Source: Macrostomum lignano (lineage: Eukaryota). From it: 64,000 nt of DNA. The notes under the pieces are model-generated. The model did not search any database, was not told where the DNA came from, and saw nothing but the letters and a program-made list of their open reading frames with translations. The stretch spans positions 384,724 through 448,723 of the forward strand of contig NIVC01000406.1 in NCBI GenBank assembly GCA_002269645.1, written 5' to 3'. Positions 45,682-56,740 of the stretch are shown piece by piece (within the stretch, counting starts at the first letter, position 1; each line of letters starts with the position of its first letter). The position numbers were made by a program, and so were the translations under genes.

Positions 45682-47674
45682 GAAGTTCGGCGAAAAGAAA
45701 GGGGAAAGGGGAAAAGGGAAATGGGAAGAGAGAGGAAAAGTAAAGTTGGAAGCAAAATAGCGAACGGGTTTTGATCCGAGTGTTCCGACCTCTCTCATTG
45801 GTCAAGCGTTTTTGGACTAGTGTGGTAGATGGGTGGAGCATCGATCCAAGTTGGACACTCGATAATTTCGATCTCTATAATTTAGTCGAGAATTCGAAAG
45901 CTGTGTAGCTTGTATCAATACAATATCTAGAGTTCAAAACAAGTTAAATACACGAGTCCATGTAATTTATGTTTCCATAAATTCTCTACTTTCGGCATAG
46001 ATGTGGACATAAAGTTCCTCAACAAACTAAAGCACAGTACATTAAATTCCATATCCAAACAAATTTGCATGTACAAGCTTTAAAAGCAAATATTTTAAGT
46101 TAATTAGATCCCTACAAACAATTTTATGTGCAACACACCAGAAAATTCTTAAATATAGCTTCGGTTTTTATTAAATAAGCCGGACTGTTTCATTTATACT
46201 AATCCACAAATAATCTATTTGATCTATTCATATTAGGTTATCTGTACTCTTGATAGAGAAGTGCATGAACAGTAATAGGATGTTTCGCACAGAAAAAATC
46301 ATTTACATTTATTTGTGTTATTGATAATGGTAATAAACCCTGATAAATAATAATTTATGAGTTTTTAATTCGTTTATCCGTTTCGCGAATTAAGACATAT
46401 TTTACTCCGCAAATCTAATGTTTTAACAAATTTTACTTCTATATTTAAACACACACACGGTTGTGAAGCCTTTTAAATAATTTAAATCAAATTAAACAAT
46501 TTTTATAGCAAATAAAGGACCCACATTTTTCGTTTAATTAATATTTGTGTTGTTAAGGTCCAATATACAAAATTTAACACTAGCAACGAATTTTTTTATT
46601 TGGTAACTATCTATCTTTCGCATATATCGCTGATCGCAACACCTTCAACAAAGAAGTACACGAGCATTCAATAATTTTACGGTATGTAGATTATACGTAA
46701 AGCAGTGTGTCCTTTGAGTTTATCTTGATATCTGTGTCTACTTTAAATTCGCTGTTAGCAAAAAATATAATTTTTAGTATAAATGCAGAACGATATAGAA
46801 TCTCGTTCACAATGACCAGCTATTTCCATATACCAAAAATGATTTGTCGGTAGATAGGTATCTATGTGATCAGTAGAGAAAAAATGGCTCAACCGATTTT
46901 CTTCGAACGTGCACTTTTCGATCAGAATTTTTTTCGTGACGGTACATGCATTGTGGCTAAGAAATTTAAAATACTAAAATCAATCAAATCAACTACTAAA
47001 ATAGTGCGAAACAGTGGTTCTGGTTCTTTTTGTGCTGCTCTTCATAAAGATGCAGTTGAAAAATAGTCTATCAGACAAAAATTGAAATGCTAATTTATTT
47101 GTAATTTCTTCTTTAAAGTCCATTTTAGTCTAATACTCTAAATTTCTGAAATTTTACAAGTTGGATTTATGCAACAACTCAAAATTTATACCAAAGAACT
47201 ATTTTAATGGTATTAATATGAGTTTCCTTGCTGTGTCATTTAATTTCAAAGATCTTTAGAAAACTTTCTATTGGCTTGCTAGCAAGTGGATAATTTGACA
47301 TTTTAATTGTCACACATTCTATACATTGTTTTAAGTACAGATATTGTATTTCTTTAAAATATCTTTGTTTTATTCACATGTCTGGATAATATTTTTTTAA
47401 TGTTTCCTTCTAGGATCTTAAGCAAAATTAATTTCTGTACAACTTGTAGCACTTTCTAATTTCGAAGTATGGGATTCAAAACTGCTTGTAGTCTAAAATA
47501 CATTAGGTTGCTTTTAAACAATGTGTTAAACAAGGATAAAATAGTATTGATGAAAAATAATGGAAGCTATGAAAATTAATTTTTATACATGTACTATTTG
47601 GAACTCATTGATGCATAAATGCTAAATCATCAAGATGCTCATGTTTCAGCCCAAAGCTCCCACAGCAGCAAGCC

Positions 47675-50600
47675 ATGGCCAAGGTCGTGAACCCACCGCC
47701 GCGCTACACCCACCCCGAGTGGACATTCAGCAACAATCAAAAGTATCGCAACGCCGAGCTCGAGCGGGCCGCCGCCGAACGGCTCAAAGCCGAGTCGGAC
47801 CGCATCATCGAGGAGACGGCCAAGAAGACGGCCGCAGCCCAGGCCGACGTTGATAAGAAGCTGAGTGAGTGCAGATTCCAGTTTGCAGCCTGACTGTCTG
47901 GACAGATTCAGTGCAGATTGGATGGTAGATTCAGTGCAGATTTGGTGGTAGATTCAGTGCAGATTTGGTGGTAGATTCAGTGCAGATTTGGTGGTAGATT
48001 CAGTGCAGACTGGGTGGTAGATTCAGTGCAGATTGGATGGTAGATTCAGTGCAGACTGGGTGGTAGATTCAGTGCAGATTTGGTGGTAGATTCAGTGCAG
48101 ACTGGGTAGATTGGTAGATTCAGTGCAGACTGGGTGGTAGATTCAGTGCAGATTGGATGGTAGATTCAGTGCAGATTGGATGGTAGATTCAGTGCAGATT
48201 GGATGGTAGATTCAGTGCAGATTGGATGGTAGATTCAGTGCAGATTGGATGGTAGATTCAGTGCAGACTGGGCCGTAGATCCAGGTCTACCGTGGATAAG
48301 TACTTCCATCGTATAAAATCCGAAAATGATTTTTTTTCTTTTCTTACCTCCCAGACCAGCGTCTCAACGACGTGAAGTACTGGCGCGAGGAGGTCGACGA
48401 GAAGCTCGCCGGAGTCAGCGGCGAGATTGACAGGCTGGGCGCCTTCATCAGCCGAGTTGACAAAGCGCTCGAGTCGTACCAGGAGCCGCTGCACATCTCC
48501 CAGCAGTGCCTCATCAACCGGTGAGGAGAAGCGCCAGTAATAAATATTATAGAATACCTCATACTGAATAATATTAATGATAATTGATTACACCTGTCCC
48601 AATTGGGCCAGATGTCGGTGCAACCGACAGCTCAGCCGCAGCTATTGCGCGGCGCATCTGAAGGCTGCGTATGGCTGTTCAGTCCAAGGACTCGGGGGGG
48701 GGGGGTGGGGGTCGCCACACACCCAGCTAATGCTGGCACCCATTTTACAGCTGGGTGAACTGAAGCAATGCAGAGTTGTGCCTTGCTCAAGGGCAAGAAC
48801 TGAACCCCCGACCTTTCAGTCGTGAACCGACGCTCGGAACACTAGGCTACAACCCCCTACTGAAAGAGTAGCAAGCAAAGAATGTGAAGCGGTTCTCTGA
48901 TAGTGTCTGATAGTGTCTGGTAGTGTGTGGTAGTGTCATAGTAGTGTCTGATAGTGTGTGGTAGTGTGTGGTAGTGTCTGGTAGTGTCTGGTAGTGTTCT
49001 GATAGTGTTCTGGTAGTGTCTGGTAGTGTCTGGTAGTGTCTGGTAGTGTCTGGCAGTGTCTGGTAGTGTTCTGATAGTGTTCTGGTAGTGTCTGGTAGTG
49101 TCTGGTAGTGTCTGGTAGTGTCTGGTAGTGTTCTGATAGTGTTCTGGTAGTGTCTGGTAGTGTCTGGTAGTGTCTGGTAGTGTCTGGTAGTGTGTGGTAG
49201 TGTCTGGTAGTGTCTGATAGTGTCTGGTAGTGTATGGTAGTGTCTGGTAGTGTCTGGTAGTGTCTGGTAGTGTCTGATAGTGTCTGGCAGTGTCTGGTAG
49301 TGTCTGGTAGTGTCTGGTAGTGTCTGGTAGTGTCTGGTAGTGTGTCCTCCCTGCATCTTCTACTTGAGTAGTCAGTTAGGGATTACCTAAAAGCTCATCA
49401 ACCCCGCAGCGAGGGCCGCATCGGCATCGACCTGGTCCACGACGATGTCCAGAAGGAGCTGCTGAAGGAGGTGGAGGTGAACCAGGGCGCCCAGGCACTG
49501 CTCTTGAAGACGCTCGAGCAGGCCAAGGAGCAGCTCAGGCTGAACCGCAAGGCCAAGTACCAGCTGGAGAAGGACATCGCCGACAAGCGGAGCGCCGAGC
49601 AGCTCGACTCGCACTGCGTGGCGCTCAAGGCCAACTCGGCCGGCCTGGGCAGGTCGCCCTGCGCCGTGGGCATCGACAGCAAGTTGGTGGCGCGCTCTTT
49701 GGCTTTTTGAGTTTGCATCTGTTGTTCTGCATCTTGTCCGATTCATGACTCAGGCCTTGTGATTTCTGTGAAACTTCCTCCGTCTCTCCCCGCTCATCTC
49801 CCTTCCTCTCCGCCCCTCTCCCTTCCTCTCCGCCCCTCTCCCTTCCTCTACGCCCCTCTCCCTTCCTCTACGCCCCTCTCCCTTCCTCTCCGCCCCTCTC
49901 CCTTCCTCTCCGCCCCTCTCTTCCTCTCCGCCCCTCCCTTCCTCTCCGCCCCTCTCCCTTCCTCTCCCCCCTCTCCCTCTCTCTCCGCCCCTCTCCCTCT
50001 CTCTCTCCGCCCCTCTCCCTCTCTCTCCGCCCCCTCCCTTCCTCTGAGGCTTCTCAGCTTTCAAAGCTCAGCATCCAAGTCTTCTCTCACCTCGCTCTGC
50101 TTCTCTCTTCATCTCTCACCCTTTTCTGCGGAAAATGCACCAAAAAGCCGACTTCAAAGCCCGACTGTCCCCACCCGCCATTGCAGGTCCGTCAGCCCTG
50201 AGGAGTGGCAGGAGTTAAGCAACCGCAACATCCTGGAGGCTGAGAAACAGCGCCAAAACTCCGCCCACATGTGCTCCATCGTTGACGGCATCCTGCAGGC
50301 GGTGGCCAACGACTTGGAGAAGCAGAAGAGCTGCGTCGATATCGCCGTGAAGCGCCGAGTCGCCGAGACCCGAGACTCCAAGGCCAAGCTCGAGGAGCAC
50401 CTCGCCCAAGTGCTGGCCGAGGTCAAGGACATGGAGGTCAACATCGACAAGCTGGAGTCGGCCATCGCCGAGAAGGAGCAGCCGTTGAAGGTGGCGGAGA
50501 CCAGGCTGAAGGTCCGCGGCGCCCGACCCAACGTTGAGCAGTGCCGCGACCCCGCCCAGTTCAGGTAAGGATGAGGAGAGCCAAGGGGGCAGGGTTTGCT

Positions 50601-51502
50601 TGCTCAACCAGTTGAAAGGAAGTGACTCACTGCCTATCATAAATTTTCACCTGGCCATAAGAAACTCTTTGAAAAAACCGCAGCAGAAACTGTGTCGACC
50701 GTTCAAAGCTGGACTGCGTTGGATTCAGGTTCGACTGCGAGGGGAGGGCCGGTTTCCAAGAGCCCTGCACTTGCTTTCTCGATCGTTAAAATCTTTTCAA
50801 AGTGCCTGGACACTTTATTATATAGTTGTGTAGAGAGCTAAGTCTTAATATAGTTTGCTTGGATACTAAGCTATTCTATTCTAAATTCTATTCAAATTTA
50901 CTTTGGAGGTAAGTTATATATCTCATCTAGGTGGCTTAAATAGTAACCTAGCTGCTTGGAGAGTAAAGTGTAAGGTAAACTCTAGTCTAGGTGCCTCGAG
51001 AGTAAAGTACACTCTAGTCTAGGTGCCTCGAGAGTAAAGTACACTCTAGTCTAGGTGCCTGGAGAATAAAGTACGCGTGTAATCATTTAAAAGTACAAGC
51101 TTATATTTAAGGTCAGTGGTTTCTACGACTCGCCTGTAGGTTCAATCTCAGATTAAATTTAATATTTATTATCTTTATTAACAGCGCCGCTAATCCCTCA
51201 GCATCGCCGGGCTTATTCCGTACACTCAGCTGTGTCTGACGCGATTTCACAACTAAAATATTTACAAAAAAAATATTTTAAAAATGCCATTTCCTCCCAG
51301 GCTCGTCGAAGAGGTGGGCGGCATCCAGGCCTCGGTGGAGGCTCTCTCGCAGCGCCTGGCCGCCAGCCGCGACTCGCTGAAGGGGCTGCTGAGGCGGCAG
51401 CTGGACCTGGAGGAGGAGATCCAGATCAAGGCCAACACGCTCTACATTGATGAGGTGCAGTGCGGCGGCCTGCGGGGCAGCATCCAGATTCACTCCTTCT
51501 AA
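47675..51502 (+). CDS. TEKT1: Tektin-1 (axonemal microtubule inner protein), 402 aa
   Basis: Exons 47675-47864, 48355-48520, 49410-49682, 50187-50564, 51301-51502 = 1209 nt in frame. N-terminus MAKVVNPPPRYTHPEW resembles TEKT1 (MAKLLQPPPKF..EW); motifs REGRIGIDLVHD and RPNVEQCRD (tektin nonapeptide variant). Confidence 0.95.
47905..48268. repeat. 23-bp minisatellite GATTCAGTGCAGATTGGATGGTA in tektin intron 1
   Basis: About 15 units. Confidence 0.95.
48569..48857 (-). mobile_element. tRNA-derived CORE-type SINE, copy 2, in tektin intron 2
   Basis: Head GGGGGTTGTAGCCTAGTG...AAAGGTCGGGGGTTCA (A and B box-like); CORE-like CCTTGAGCAAGGCAC...TTCAGTTCACCCAGCTGTAAAATGGG; AT-rich tail; 7-bp TSD TACTGAA (48562-48568 and 48858-48864). 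Confidence 0.8.
48890..49344. repeat. 10-bp minisatellite TGGTAGTGTC
   Basis: Direct reading. Confidence 0.95.
49785..50045. repeat. CT-rich low-complexity repeat in tektin intron 3
   Basis: CCCCTCTCCCTTCCTCTCCG-type units. Confidence 0.9.
50980..51062. repeat. 32-bp tandem repeat, about 2.6 copies, in tektin intron 4
   Basis: CTCTAGTCTAGGTGCCTCGAGAGTAAAGTACA at 50980, 51012 and 51044. Confidence 0.85.
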
Positions 51503-51748
51503 GAGCAGCGGACCAGCAAAGCGGAAGCACTTCCGCTGGGGAACTCAAAAAAAGTTTCCTTCTTCTTTCTGTTGTCCCCAGCGAGCGCTTAAACAACATT
51601 TTTCCTTCTCGTTTTGAATTTATTTTGATATCTCCGTTTTTAATGGTTCGTAGAGAATAATAAGGCAAATGTTCGACATCAACTACTGAATTAACTACTG
51701 ATGTAAATGTACAGGCTGGGGTCGGGCTGGGCGGCGCTTGTTGGCACC

Positions 51749-51754
51749 AATAAA
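51749..51754 (+). promoter_or_regulatory. Polyadenylation signal, probable tektin 3' end
   Basis: AATAAA about 250 nt after the stop, followed by GT/T-rich sequence. Confidence 0.5.
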
Positions 51755-52499
51755 GTACACTGTTCCTCCTCCTGTGTTTCTTCTGTCACTAGACACCTTG
51801 AGTCCTCGGCCTACTCCACCGCCAGCTCCAAGTTTAAAGTCTATTTCTACCATGCATAAATTAAGCTTATTGTACTTTTGTCTGCATTAACTATCAAATT
51901 AATTCAGTTTGCTACTGGTTAATTAACTATTATTAAATACAAATACAATAGAGGAATAAAGCAAATAAAAGTTGACGTTGATGCTGCACTGACTGCGCGT
52001 ATTTTAATGGCACATTAAAACAATATTTCTGATCTAGACTACTTTAAGTAGACAAATCGAGATGGGGGTTGAAATAATAAGTCTGGAGAGGAAATAATAC
52101 TAGAATGTTGCTTCTTGCTCCCATAAACCCTTGCATAATAAGTCTCCCTTATTGAAAGGAATTCAAGCTTCTTCTGAAATTTGAGATGCAGCTTGGAGAA
52201 CCGCGACTATTTTCTCTCGCGGCAAAGACCCAGATTGAAGAAAGTGGGAGAGAAGCCGCTGACGAGCTCTGAAGGACCGCCTCCGCACCCTGCTGGCACT
52301 TCTGGTGTCCGTCCGCGATTTAGGATTGTGGTGGCTTTTCCCCCTGGCTGCTCTCTGCCTCTTCTACATTGGTCTCCACTCTGTTTCTAAGAAATATTCT
52401 CTCATACGTCGTATTTCTGCCAAGTTTCCCAACCCTCAGGCTGCGTTGAAATCGAATTCCTATGCTTGTTTCCTCTCATTGCTGCTTTTAGCTAACCGA

Positions 52500-52970
52500 C
52501 TCCCACACTCCCTAATCCTCTCACACTCCTTAATCCTCTCACACTCCTTAATCCTCTCACACTCCTTAATCCTCTCACACTCCTTAATCCTCTCACACTC
52601 ACTAATCCTCTCACACTCACTAATCCTCTCACACACTCCCTAATCCTCTTACACTCCTTAATCCTCTCACACTCCTTAATCCTCTCACACTCACTAATCC
52701 TCTCACACTCACTAATCCTCTCACACACTCCCTAATCCTCTCACACTCCTTAATCCTCTCACACTCCTTAATCCTCTCACACACTCCCTAATCCTCTCAC
52801 ACACTCCCTAATCCACTCCCACTTCCCAATCCTTTTTTACACTTCCTAATCCTCTCTCACATTTCATCCTTTCACACTCCATAATCTTCTCTCCCATTCC
52901 CTAATCCTCTCACACACTCCCTAATCCTCACACACACTCCCTAATCCTCACTATTCCTCACTATCCTCAC
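52500..52970. repeat. 18-bp minisatellite (C/T)TAATCCTCTCACACTCC
   Basis: Direct reading; degenerates at the right end. Confidence 0.93.
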
Positions 52971-54248
52971 TAACCTCACTATTCTCCTTCCACAGTCTCT
53001 AATCCTGCATATAACATCAGTGAACTGTTTTAATTCTCAACCTACTCATTGCGCTGACTTATGCTCCAAGGACGCTCTGTCTGTGTTTGACTTCAAAGCA
53101 ATCCAACACAAGAAGCCGCCCCGCCAGAACTAAACAGCTGCAATAATTTTTCACCTGTGACGCTTCTCACCAAAGGGAAATTTGGTTTGACTCTTCCTGA
53201 AAGACAGGGGAAAAAGGCAAATATTTATGAGCACCCACACAGTCCGAGCTGAGAGAAACGACTGAATGCCGGGAAGTGCCGGAGCAGCGGTCCACAGACA
53301 GTGAGGCAGACAGCAGAGGGCAATGAGAAACAAGACAGAAGTCACGGGCTTCAGACAGGCATGTCGCAGAAATCTCGATAATTTTGGAATAGAAAAACGA
53401 CAAAAAATTATTGAGAATGCTGTGCGGGCTTCTCCACCTGGCAGAGGCAGAAAGACAGAAAATATCCCCGCGGACAATGGCTTGGGGTTGGTGGTTCGAC
53501 TCCCATTTACAAGCGCGGGCCGCCGGGCTTCCACAGCCCGCTGGCTGCAATAAAGTCCCCGGCCATTCCGCATGAGTGAGCACCAGCGTCCGGTTTTTAT
53601 TTCGGTACATGTACTACTGCGACATGGACTCTTAAAGCTAGAAATCTGGACTGGAAACTCTGGAAACAATATTTCAAACTTAAATTAAGAGATGCTGCAT
53701 CTTTCCGCATCAGAATCTCCCTTGACGGAATCCAAACAAAGACCTCACTTGCGAAGCACTGACTGCGAATCGAGTGTGCTGGTTTCTCTTCAACACGATG
53801 CATCCAGACATTAGTTAGAGAATTCCATGACTCAACCAGTTGGGGAGGTGGGCAAAGAGAGTTAGTTTTTATTGTCGGCGACTTAATCTTCTGAGAGAGA
53901 GAAAGGCAGGGGGTGGCTGGCGATTTCCTAATTTGGCTGAGTGGGGGCGGCGGGCTCCCGCAAAGAACAGGATCAGTGCGTTTGGGCCGAGTGCGTGCAA
54001 ATTAACTTTTATTTAAGCATTTTTTAGCAATAATAGCAGCAGTCAAGTGACCAGATAAGAAAATTTGCTGTCAAAGCAATTATCCACCTGGATATGGCTG
54101 GGTGCATGCAGACCCTTGTGGGGTTCAGAGTGACAGAATGACAGCTTAACAAGCAAAACTTCAGCGCTAAAATTATCGGCCGTCTTGACTAGATAGGAAT
54201 GTGGACTGGAGGCTGGCAACTCATGTGCGATTCCTGTGTAGCTTTGGC

Positions 54249-55154
54249 TAGATTAGCAATCCACAGTATAGATTAGCAATCCACAGTATAGATTAGCAAT
54301 CCACAGTCTATTTTAGCAATCCACAGTATAGATTAGCAATCCACAGTCTAGATTAGCAATCCACAGTCTAAATTAGCAATCCACAGTGTAGATTAGCAAT
54401 CCACAACATAGATTAGCAATCTACAACATAGATTAGCACTCCACAGCGTAGATTAGCAATCCAAGTATAGATTAGCAATCCACAGTGTAGACTAGCAATC
54501 CACAACATAGATTAGCAATCTACAACATAGATTAGCAATCCACAGCGTAGATTAGCAATCCACAGCGTAGATTAGCAATCCACAGCGTAGATTAGCAATC
54601 CACAGCGTAGATTAGCAATCCACAGTCTAGATTAGCAATCCAAAGTGTAGATTAGCAATCCACAGTCTAGATTAGCAATCCACAGCGTAGATTAGCAATC
54701 CACAGCGTAGATTAGCAATCCACAGCGTAGATTAGCAATCCACAGCGTAGATTAGCAATCCACAGCGTAGATTAGCAATCCACAGCGTAGATTAGCAATC
54801 CACAGCGTAGATTAGCAATCCACAGCGTAGATTAGCATCGAGTTTAGATTAGCAATCCACACCATAGATTAGCAATCCACACCATAGATTAGCAATCCAC
54901 ACCATAGATTAGCAATCCACACCATAGATTAGCAATCCACAGCATAGCTTATCAATCCACACCATAGATTAGCAATCCACACCATAGATTAGCAATCCAC
55001 ACCATAGATTAGCAATCCACACCATAGATTAGCAATCCACACCATAGATTAGCAATCCACAGCATAGCTTATCAATCCACACCATAGATTAGCAATCCAC
55101 ACCATAGATTAGCAATCCACACCATAGATTAGCAATCCACACCATAGATTAGCA
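54249..55154. repeat. 20-bp minisatellite TAGATTAGCAATCCAC(N4), about 45 units
   Basis: Variant blocks (AGTA/AGCG/ACCA); ends 20 nt from the RASSF-like stop codon. Confidence 0.97.
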
Positions 55155-55174
55155 TTCCCCAGCCCCCGAGTCCG

Positions 55175-55873
55175 CTACACCAGAGTGGCGTAGAACACCA
55201 GGTCACAGCAGCGCTCCGTCTCCGTGCCGAAGCCGCTGTCGCCAGCGTCAGAGGATGAAGCGGCCGCGGCAGCTGCTTCGCCTTCTTCAGCCCTCGGTCC
55301 CAGAAGGTTGAGCCGGCGCATCCAGTCGCTGATGATGTCCTCCTCCTCCTCCTCCGGATTGTTGTCGACTTGTGGTTGAGCCGCGGCTGCCGTGGCAGCG
55401 GAAGCGGACATCCAGTGGGAGCGCCGCGGTCGAACCTGCAGCAGCGGCGGCCGCGAGCTGCCGCAGGCGCTCCATCGACGCCGAAGGAGGTTGGCGACCC
55501 GCAGCAGCGGCAGGTGGCCGCGGGCGCGCTTCGCTCGACCGTCTGGCATCTCGGCCAGCAGCTCGAAGTCGGCCGCCGCCTTCCAGATCTCCGACGCCGA
55601 AGATGTCGCCGTCTGACTCCGCCGTCGCTCGCGGTGCCACAGGAGGGCAAAAATCGCGTCCCGGCATGTCGTGCCGCTGCTCAGCCCGGCGAGGGCGAAT
55701 CGGCGACCTTCAAATGCCACGACGCAGACGTCGGTGCCAGCGCCGGTCATCGTCGATGGGGCCTTCTGCCGGCGTCGACGCCGACTTTGGCGCTGGCGCG
55801 GTGGCTCATCGATGGCGTCCTCGGCAGCGGAATCCGAGGAGACTGATGAGGCGTAAGGGAAGCTGGAGCTCAT
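55175..55873 (-). CDS. N-terminal RASSF (RASSF9/10-like) Ras-association protein, intronless, 232 aa
   Basis: VCVVAFEGRRFALAGLSSGTTCRDAIFAL resembles the N-RASSF RA motif (..CGVT..TTC.DVV.AL). C-terminal SSSDAGDSGFGT...ATLV* resembles the DSDTG.SS...ESLV tail with PDZ-type ending. ATG at 55873. Confidence 0.6.
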   Translation of the reverse strand: MSSSFPYASSVSSDSAAEDAIDEPPRQRQSRRRRRQKAPSTMTGAGTDVCVVAFEGRRFALAGLSSGTTCRDAIFALLWHRERRRSQTATSSASEIWKAAADFELLAEMPDGRAKRARGHLPLLRVANLLRRRWSACGSSRPPLLQVRPRRSHWMSASAATAAAAQPQVDNNPEEEEEDIISDWMRRLNLLGPRAEEGEAAAAAASSSDAGDSGFGTETERCCDLVFYATLV

Positions 55874-56115
55874 TTCCCCACCCCTCAGTGAGCTCCGGAG
55901 GCTTGGGTGGCGCACGGTAGGTTGATTTCTTTAAAACGCATACTTGCAAGGTCGCTTCCCATTGGCCCTGAGATCCCCCTGGCCCTTGGCAGCTTTGGAT
56001 TGGACTAAGGCGCTCTGTGAGTGAACTGGCCTTCTGTCTGGGCTTCAGCTTTAGCCACCTGAAGCTACTGAAGTGTGTTCTTTTCCACAGAATTTCGTGG
56101 TATCAACCTCCTCTT

Positions 56116-56410
56116 AAGGTAAAGCTCTCAGCCTCCTGAAGGTAAAGCTCTCAGCCTCCTGAAGGTAAAGCTCTCAGCCTCCTGAAGGTAAAGCTCTCAG
56201 CCTCCTGAAGGTAAAGCTCTCAACCTCCTGAAGGTAAAGCTCTCAACCCCCTGAAGGTAAAGCTCTCAGCCTCCTGAAGGTAAAGCTCTCAACCTCCTGA
56301 AGGTAAAGCTCTCAGCCTCCTGAAGGTAAAGCTCTCAACCCCCTGAAGGTAAAGCTCTCAGCCTCCTGAAGGTAAAGCTCTCAACCCCCTGAAGGTAAAG
56401 CTCTCAGCCT
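56116..56410. repeat. 23-bp minisatellite AAGGTAAAGCTCTCAGCCTCCTG
   Basis: About 13 units. Confidence 0.95.
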
Positions 56411-56690
56411 CATCCTAAGCTCTGATCAGAAAACAAGCAAATGAAAAACAGAAGTCGCACATTTAAAATCCTTCAGTTTCTCCATAGCAACAAACTGCGA
56501 GCTAACAATGCGAAAAATTGTTTTGTAAAGAAGCCACGAGCTAAAAGACTGACAAATCTACCATGAAGGTGAACCGCGCAGTAAAATACGCGATGATGAT
56601 CTGGAGAAATGCACTGCTAGACATAACTAAGAAATGGAGCAATGGCGCAATTTCGAGTTGGCAACAAATTGTCTGGCCAGTTTCAGACTT

Positions 56691-56704
56691 GTCACCATGG
56701 CAAC
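56691..56704. promoter_or_regulatory. RFX X-box GTCACCATGGCAAC
   Basis: Matches consensus GTNRCC-AT-RGYAAC; a second near-match TTCTCCATAGCAAC at 56478-56491. Confidence 0.5.
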
Positions 56705-56740
56705 AAGACTGTCAGTGTGTACAGAATAAAAAATTCGATT

